The position numbers and the translations under genes are program-made. The notes below the pieces were generated by a model that searched no databases, was not told where the DNA came from, and saw only the letters and a program-made list of their open reading frames with translations. From a virus, in the IMG/VR virus record IMGVR_UViG_3300042521_002634, positions 34,427 to 98,426 of that record: a stretch of DNA of 64,000 nt, one strand, 5' to 3'. Each line of letters opens with the position of its first letter. Position 1 is the first letter of the stretch. Of the stretch, positions 55,934 through 64,000 are shown piece by piece.

Positions 55934-56022
55934 TTAGCCATATTATACAAAGCTTTAAGCAAAAAACAATACTTAAGTTTAATGGTAAAGTACCTTAGTA
56001 CCTTCGCGTAAAGGAATTTATA

Positions 56023-56376
56023 ATGACTGCAGGGATTCTTAATTTAACTATTGAACAAGGAACTACGTACTCGCAGCGGCTAACGTGGAAAATTGACTCT
56101 AATGCAGTCAACCTCACTGGATACACAGCACGAATGAAAGTTAGAGCCGTCAATCGTCGCGACAGAGAGCCTCTAATTTCACTTACCAGCTCAGCGGGAG
56201 GCGGCATCACTCTTGGCGGATCTGCTGGCACAATTGACATAGCGATTAGCGCTGCTTCAACTGCTTCATTGGTGCCAGCAAAATATACTTACGATCTTGA
56301 ATTAGTTTCGTCAGGTGGCGTCGTTACACGACTTGTCAAAGGAACAGTTACTGTTGCGGCAGAAGTGACATACTAA
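56023..56376 (+). CDS. Virion beta-sandwich protein (baseplate/fibre adaptor-like)
   Basis: IEQGTT...NLTGYTARM.VR...YDLEL...RLVKG. Confidence 0.7.
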   Translation: MTAGILNLTIEQGTTYSQRLTWKIDSNAVNLTGYTARMKVRAVNRRDREPLISLTSSAGGGITLGGSAGTIDIAISAASTASLVPAKYTYDLELVSSGGVVTRLVKGTVTVAAEVTY

Positions 56377-56630
56377 TGTCAAGTGTTGTTTACGTTGATA
56401 AAAGTAACACTACAGTTACAGTTGAAGAAACAACTGTAGTTGTCGAGACGACTACTTCTACTACTGAAGTAGTTGTTTCTAACCTTCAAGGACCACAAGG
56501 CATTCAAGGTCCTACCGGTCCTACTGGTCCTACTGGTCCTTCTGTGACTGGTGCGTCAGGGACATTTACATCTTCAAATGGGAAAACAGTCACAGTTACA
56601 AATGGAGTAATTACAAGTATTGTCCCTTAA
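56376..56630 (+). CDS. Short collagen-containing fibre protein
   Basis: GPQGIQGPTGPTGPT; GKTVTVTNGVITSI. Confidence 0.7.
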   Translation: MSSVVYVDKSNTTVTVEETTVVVETTTSTTEVVVSNLQGPQGIQGPTGPTGPTGPSVTGASGTFTSSNGKTVTVTNGVITSIVP

Positions 56631-56678
56631 TCGTCAGTAACTTTTAAGACAACTTAGGCCAATGCCTGCAGAGGAAAA

Positions 56679-57311
56679 ATGACAACTAACAACAGAGTGT
56701 TGATACTTGCTGCTGGCGACGGTTCTCGCTGGGGAAACTACAAAGGCACAGCAAAGCACTTTGTCAGCGTTGACGGTGAAAAACTTTTGCACAAAACGTG
56801 CAAGCAATTTCTTAAGTATACTTCGGACGTGTACGTAGTTGGAAAGTCTGAAGAGTACTTTTATCATGGAACAAAGTTGTATATTCCACCTCACGACCCC
56901 AGCTGGGGAGATTTTGCAAAGTATCGATCATCAAGAGAACTATGGTCCTCTGGCAGGACAACTCTTGCATTTGGAGATGTCTACTACTCAGACAGCGCAG
57001 TAGAAACAATTATGACAACTTCTGGAAAAATAATGTGGTTTCTTCGTCATAATCATTCAACTATTACTGGCGGACGACCAGAGATTTTTACACTTGCGTT
57101 TGATGACTCAGCGCACGCGCTGATCGATAGTCACCTCGACGCTCTTATTAAAGGAAATGTTCCTCCGCCAGGAGCGTGGAGAACTTACAGAAGCATGGTT
57201 AGACCTAACTATCACGACAATAAAATTCACACGGTTATTGACGACGAAACAACTGACTTTGACTTTCCATATGACTTAGATAACTTTGAAAGTTTGAGAT
57301 TAAATTTGTAA
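56679..57311 (+). CDS. NTP-transferase family protein
   Basis: ILAAGDGSRW...K...GE.LL; FGDVYY; DFD.P.D. Confidence 0.8.
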   Translation: MTTNNRVLILAAGDGSRWGNYKGTAKHFVSVDGEKLLHKTCKQFLKYTSDVYVVGKSEEYFYHGTKLYIPPHDPSWGDFAKYRSSRELWSSGRTTLAFGDVYYSDSAVETIMTTSGKIMWFLRHNHSTITGGRPEIFTLAFDDSAHALIDSHLDALIKGNVPPPGAWRTYRSMVRPNYHDNKIHTVIDDETTDFDFPYDLDNFESLRLNL

Positions 57312-57316
57312 ATAGA

Positions 57317-57386
57317 ACCGGGCTGGCAGTCTCTCTCAGGCCGCCAACCCGGTTCTTATTGGCGCCGCTCTCTCCCAAAGCGCCAA
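57317..57386. terminator. Paired hairpins between convergent genes
   Basis: AACCGGG...CCCGGTT and TTGGCG...CGCCAA, both enclosing CTCTCTC. Confidence 0.55.
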
Positions 57387-57391
57387 ATCTG

Positions 57392-60037
57392 TTATCTAGC
57401 AAACCGTGCTGCAACGCTCCAATCAACTTCGCCAGTTTGAACTACACGAGGTACAAGTTGGCGATGCATGATCTGCGCTCGTGATCCTACGCCGTTAATT
57501 TCAATACCACGCTCGCTAAGCTTGCGTTGAAACGCAATTTGTGTCATTGGCTTTTCACCTCGCTCGTCACTCCACAGACGGTACACAGAGTACAGTGACT
57601 TAACAGGGGTTGCTGTTCCTTCAGACTCTTTAGTTTCTTCAGTCAAGAAAAAGCCGATACGGTCTTCATTTTTTCTATAGACTTCTGCTGCGGCGCTTAC
57701 AACATTACACCAGCCAAGCGAGTCACGAGATGAAGAATTAAGTACCTTAATCGCGCCTTCAACTGCCCACGACAGAACAGCAGGCAGCGCGCCTTCAGGA
57801 TCAAAAATATAGTGCTTAAGGCCAGGATCAGGGTTTTCAGGAACGTTGAGCATTGGAATTGGCCGAATACGTCGCCACATCGCATCATCACTAATAATTG
57901 GCCGGTGATTAGTTGTTACCCACAATTTAGCGCGTGACTGAAACGTAAATGGTTTTTCACCAGGCGAACGCGCTGAGATCTCAGATGAACCAGTCAGCTT
58001 TTTAACTGAGTTTTCTTTCATGCGCTCGTTGTCTGGAAGTTCGTCAACCCACACAAGACGACGACCTCTAAGCTCAGCCCAGTGATACAAATCTGCTCCG
58101 CTGGCGTGACCGTCTCCTTGAGCAAGAATACTAGAGTCTAACGGCCAAGCGTACTGTTGAGTGCCCATAGCCTTGACAAGCGCTTCTACTAGCGTGTTTT
58201 TTCCAGACCCTGAAGGCCCGTAAACTAAAAACATAACATCATGAGTTCGAAGACCAGTCAGCGAGTAACCAGCTGCGCGTTGAATCCACTCTTGATATTC
58301 TTTGTCTCCGTTGGTAGCGAACTCGATGAATTGCTCCCAGCGTACGTTGCGAATACCTGGATTGTACGACACAGGCGCACGACGAGTTATGTAAAGGTCA
58401 GGCCGACCTTTCAATAGTTCACCGGTGCGTAAATCAACTACTCCATTCAAAACTCCAAGCAAGTGCTCATCGGAGTCCCAGTTTTCTACACCTACCAAAA
58501 TTCTCGGATCGGACGTCGCGTTTTCAATTGACCCGGTAAGCCGTGCGTTTGATTTTGCCTGCTGCGCCCACTTAATCACCTCTGACTGCTTATCTGCATC
58601 GTCAAGGTAGTGAACTACTTCGCTGGCAATAATGGGCGCGACTTTTTTAGCAAGTTCGCGCATTTCCAAATTTTCAACATCTGGCTTCCAATATCCGCCG
58701 TCCCAATGAAACCAACCAAGCCCTGGAGTGTACCGAACTGCTGCGCCAAAAGAATCAATAAGTCTTCTACCGTTTCCAGTGTCTGTCAATGTTCGTTTAC
58801 CCGGTTCACCACCTTCGTCTTCACCAAGCGCGTCTGGGTCTTTTGGAACGTCAATATTAGACAGTCTGCTTGCATCAGCAAGTGAATCGCCATCTTCAAC
58901 TGATGACATTACAGTTCCGCCAATAGTGCCGGGCAGATTACTTTGCTGCGAGTAAGCAGCGTACGCTTGCTTTGACTCAGCTTCAAACGCAGCTTGTGTC
59001 GCGGTTTCTTGCGGTGATCGTTTCAATGCTGCGCGCGACTCTTCTTGTGATTTCACGGCCCACTCATTTAGTCCTGGCCATATTTTTTCAGTTCTTGGGT
59101 TGTCAAGAACAAATTGAATTGCACGACGCACGTGCATTAACAGTCCGCCTGGACCTTCAAGCTCTAGAGGCGGTCGAACTTTTTCTGCGTTAAAGCGAAT
59201 CATCATCGTCTCAACAGCAAGTTTTCCTGCTTCTGTATTTACAGGAAACTTATTTGCCAATGCACATGTCATTGCGTATATATCGACTGCTCTTGATCCT
59301 TCATCAATACCATCGCGCAAAAACTTGTCAATATCAATTCTTTCGCCTGCAAAGTCAAGCTCTCCTAGAAATGACCAATCGCCTTCTCCAACGTTTGTTG
59401 CAGACTTACGCCCTCGTTTACGCAGCGCAGACAGCAGCTCTTCGGGCGCGGTTGCAATTTCAATTTCCCACGGCGCCTTGCCTTTTACCCACTCATAGCA
59501 CACTCCTGAGAAGTGACGTGACGGCGCTATTAGCACATATCCATTGTGCTTAATGTCTATTCCGTCAAGACCAGATTTCTTTAAGTTTCCGACCAGTGAC
59601 TCAGACTCGTCGCACTTGTAGAATAAATGGCGTCCTCTAGACACACGACCATTGTACGTGTATTCGCCGGTGATCGCTTCAACAGTTGGCGGAAGCGCTC
59701 CTTCAACCAGCGCTTCAAATTTTTCAAACGAGTCTGGGCCGCCCGCTCTTGGGTCGATATCTATTACAAAAAAGCCGCTAGGTCGACAGTATACGCTGAC
59801 GTTAGTTTCAGGTGTTTGTTCCCACCAGCGAGTAACTACTGCTAGATCACTAGTTGCTTGAACGTTCCATTCAGTTACACTAGGGTGCTTACCTACGTCC
59901 TTGGGTTCTGCGTGAACGCTTCCGCACGTGCACTTACCGTTTACAATGCCATAGCACGGTAAAATACGCCAGCCCATGTTTGCGTACCAAGACGCAGCTG
60001 GTCCAAGTCTATCGGTTGCAGATTCCCATGCCGTCAT
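57392..60037 (-). CDS. Bifunctional primase-polymerase fused to D5/P4-type SF3 helicase
   Basis: GKHP, VIDIDPR, GRHLFY, GYVLIAPS; TDTGNG; GPSGSGKN; VKKLTG; TNHRP; WRR. Confidence 0.93.
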   Translation of the reverse strand: MTAWESATDRLGPAASWYANMGWRILPCYGIVNGKCTCGSVHAEPKDVGKHPSVTEWNVQATSDLAVVTRWWEQTPETNVSVYCRPSGFFVIDIDPRAGGPDSFEKFEALVEGALPPTVEAITGEYTYNGRVSRGRHLFYKCDESESLVGNLKKSGLDGIDIKHNGYVLIAPSRHFSGVCYEWVKGKAPWEIEIATAPEELLSALRKRGRKSATNVGEGDWSFLGELDFAGERIDIDKFLRDGIDEGSRAVDIYAMTCALANKFPVNTEAGKLAVETMMIRFNAEKVRPPLELEGPGGLLMHVRRAIQFVLDNPRTEKIWPGLNEWAVKSQEESRAALKRSPQETATQAAFEAESKQAYAAYSQQSNLPGTIGGTVMSSVEDGDSLADASRLSNIDVPKDPDALGEDEGGEPGKRTLTDTGNGRRLIDSFGAAVRYTPGLGWFHWDGGYWKPDVENLEMRELAKKVAPIIASEVVHYLDDADKQSEVIKWAQQAKSNARLTGSIENATSDPRILVGVENWDSDEHLLGVLNGVVDLRTGELLKGRPDLYITRRAPVSYNPGIRNVRWEQFIEFATNGDKEYQEWIQRAAGYSLTGLRTHDVMFLVYGPSGSGKNTLVEALVKAMGTQQYAWPLDSSILAQGDGHASGADLYHWAELRGRRLVWVDELPDNERMKENSVKKLTGSSEISARSPGEKPFTFQSRAKLWVTTNHRPIISDDAMWRRIRPIPMLNVPENPDPGLKHYIFDPEGALPAVLSWAVEGAIKVLNSSSRDSLGWCNVVSAAAEVYRKNEDRIGFFLTEETKESEGTATPVKSLYSVYRLWSDERGEKPMTQIAFQRKLSERGIEINGVGSRAQIMHRQLVPRVVQTGEVDWSVAARFAR

Positions 60038-60215
60038 TAATTACCTTTGAGAGAGATGTTTACAAAAGTTAGTATTGCCACTATACTACATAAAAGTCAT
60101 CGCAAGTGACACTATTAAATAAAACTTAAAAATTCTTTGAATAACAGTTTAGAATCGTGATAAGGATTACACCAGTGTGATATAGTACACATATAAGTAT
60201 ATACTCCTAAGACGA

Positions 60216-60476
60216 TTGGAGACTCCAGTGGGCGATTTATTTAATGAAATAAAGAACAGCGCAGTCGGGCAAGGAAAAAAGTCGCGCATAGCCGTGATTC
60301 TAAGTACACTGTCAAAAGAAGAACAAAAAGATCTACTAGCGGCGCTAGACGATCACTCAATACCAGCGTCAAACATTTCACGAGCGATGTCCAAGCGAGG
60401 GCACAAACTTGCAATAAACGTGATTAGCCGCTACCGTCGCGGAGAATTGGTGACCAAGGTCGATGAGTCTCGCTGA
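60216..60476 (+). CDS. Small HTH-like protein
   Basis: ISRAM...G...VISRYRRG; overlaps the phosphoesterase start. Confidence 0.6.
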   Translation: METPVGDLFNEIKNSAVGQGKKSRIAVILSTLSKEEQKDLLAALDDHSIPASNISRAMSKRGHKLAINVISRYRRGELVTKVDESR

Positions 60477-61461
60477 CGATATTCGCAAAGAAGACGAAGT
60501 CACCGAGCTGAGAGCCGCGCTAAAGCGCGCGCAGCAAGCCGAGTACAAGGCAAAGCGAAAAGCAGATGACTTAGTAGAAGCAGTCTTAGTTGCAGCTAAA
60601 GATGCCGCACTCGCCGTCGGCAATGGCAAGAAAGTGCCGCACTCTGTACCGCCAAAAGATCCAAGAAAAATAAAGCCAGAAGTTGCGTTAGTGCATGCCA
60701 CTGATTGGCAAAATGGTAAGAAAACGGTTACTTACGGCCTTAAGACGTGCAGTGCTCGTATGGAGCAATTCACTCAAAAAGTTCTCGAGCTCACTACGCT
60801 TCAACGCACTCATCATCCAGTGCGTGAGTGTACTCTTATGTTTGGCGGAGACATGGTTGAAGGCATCACGATATTTCCAGGTCAAGCGTGGGAAGTTGAA
60901 GCTCATCTATTTGAGCAACTATTTGAGACAGTCAAGATCGAAGAAACAATGGTCAGAACGTTTGCAGACTTCTTTGAAAAAGTAAACGTAGTCTGCGAGT
61001 ACGGCAACCACGGCCGCCTCGGCCGCAAAGGTGAAATGCCTGGCAACGACAACATCGACGCGATCTCTTACAGAATAGCTATGGACAGAACAAAAGATCT
61101 AAAAAACGTCACATGGCAAATGTCTCCTGACTGGTATCAAATAGTACAAATAGGTGCGTACAGAGCGTTGCTAGTTCATGGTGACGAGACAAAATCATTT
61201 GGCAGTATCATGAGAAAAGCAAATGCTTGGGCGACTGGTGTAATTGAAGAGTTCAAAGACGTATACATGGGTCATTGGCACACTCCAACAACACTCACTA
61301 TGTCAAATGGTGGAAGAGTATTTATTTCTGGCTCGCCAGAGTCTCACAACGAGTACGCAAGAGAAGTAGTCGGCGCGATTGGCCGACCATCTCAGCGGCT
61401 GCATTTTATAGATCCAGTCAAAGGTAGAGTGACTGCTGAGTACACAGTTTGGTTAGATTAG
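60463..61461 (+). CDS. Calcineurin-like metallophosphoesterase
   Basis: DWQ, GDMVEG, GNHGR, HGD, GHWH. Confidence 0.88.
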   Translation: MSLADDIRKEDEVTELRAALKRAQQAEYKAKRKADDLVEAVLVAAKDAALAVGNGKKVPHSVPPKDPRKIKPEVALVHATDWQNGKKTVTYGLKTCSARMEQFTQKVLELTTLQRTHHPVRECTLMFGGDMVEGITIFPGQAWEVEAHLFEQLFETVKIEETMVRTFADFFEKVNVVCEYGNHGRLGRKGEMPGNDNIDAISYRIAMDRTKDLKNVTWQMSPDWYQIVQIGAYRALLVHGDETKSFGSIMRKANAWATGVIEEFKDVYMGHWHTPTTLTMSNGGRVFISGSPESHNEYAREVVGAIGRPSQRLHFIDPVKGRVTAEYTVWLD

Positions 61462-61519
61462 CGGAGAATAGGCCAAGATAGTATCTTCACATCGGCACGG
61501 CTGAAAGTGAAGGTAACAA

Positions 61520-61924
61520 ATGGCAAAGTCAAGAAAAGATAAGCCAGAAGAGCATAGTCACCTTGAGCTTACCAAAGCATTTTTTGAGCAATTTGTTGAA
61601 AGTGAAATAGAGTCAGATCTGCAAAGAGTAGGCGTAGTTTGGGCTGGAATTTTAGGCATCGACAAACCAATTTCTGCTTCAACAGTTTCTGCATTACTAA
61701 GTTCGTACGATTTAGTTCTTGCAACTGCTTTAGTTGAGTCTGAAAACCATTGGGCTAGGGCAGCGGCGTTTGCGGTAATGGGTAGCAAGGCTGAACCTGA
61801 AAAACAAGAAGAAAAGCTGGAAATTGAAGGCAAAAGTGAGAAAAGAACAATTGAGCCTATAATTGGCTTTAGGCCATCTTTTGAACCAAATAACGAAAAA
61901 AATCTAACAGTTTTTAAGCGATAG
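61520..61924 (+). CDS. Hypothetical protein, weak DUF6378-like similarity
   Basis: RVG.VWAGILG...HW...AAFA. Confidence 0.5.
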   Translation: MAKSRKDKPEEHSHLELTKAFFEQFVESEIESDLQRVGVVWAGILGIDKPISASTVSALLSSYDLVLATALVESENHWARAAAFAVMGSKAEPEKQEEKLEIEGKSEKRTIEPIIGFRPSFEPNNEKNLTVFKR

Positions 61925-62022
61925 ATAAAAAACAGCTACAAAATGAGATGATACTATGTCAATTAGTTTTGTGCTGCGCAACAGCACAATACTTTTCATT
62001 TCGCGCCTTGAATGGAGTATGA

Positions 62023-64000
<1,978 letters not shown>

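Overview
A 64-kb segment of a large dsDNA tailed-phage genome, most likely infecting an actinobacterium. Host clues are two WhiB proteins, DUF3039, DUF1360, an actinobacterial-type ferredoxin, GAAAGGA ribosome-binding sites and many apparently leaderless genes. Left (- strand): head/packaging module with large terminase, portal and a 2586-aa protein carrying an R-S-E ADP-ribosyltransferase, a HipA/PI3K-like kinase and a probable second (H-Y-E) ART domain. Middle (12.5-34.8 kb): an array of small single-gene cassettes, most with their own copy of one unusual promoter-like element, TCCRRAG-N4-TANNNT. I counted 30 copies by eye, often preceded by a CTCGAG palindrome or GC hairpin and followed by a shared CAACGAAAGGAC leader. 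A separate bipartite motif, GGCAGCGGTCT-N18/19-CAGGCCG, occurs five times, three of them inside genes. Next come tRNA-Thr(UGU) with an aberrant tRNA-like neighbour and an origin/terminus-like non-coding region with 18-bp repeats. The right part encodes a large surface protein, modification enzymes (TauD, GT61, radical SAM, cupin, NTP transferase), class II RNR, Fpg/Nei, endolysin, primase-helicase, a phosphoesterase and a collagen-like fibre. All product calls come from motif recognition by eye; no database searches were run.
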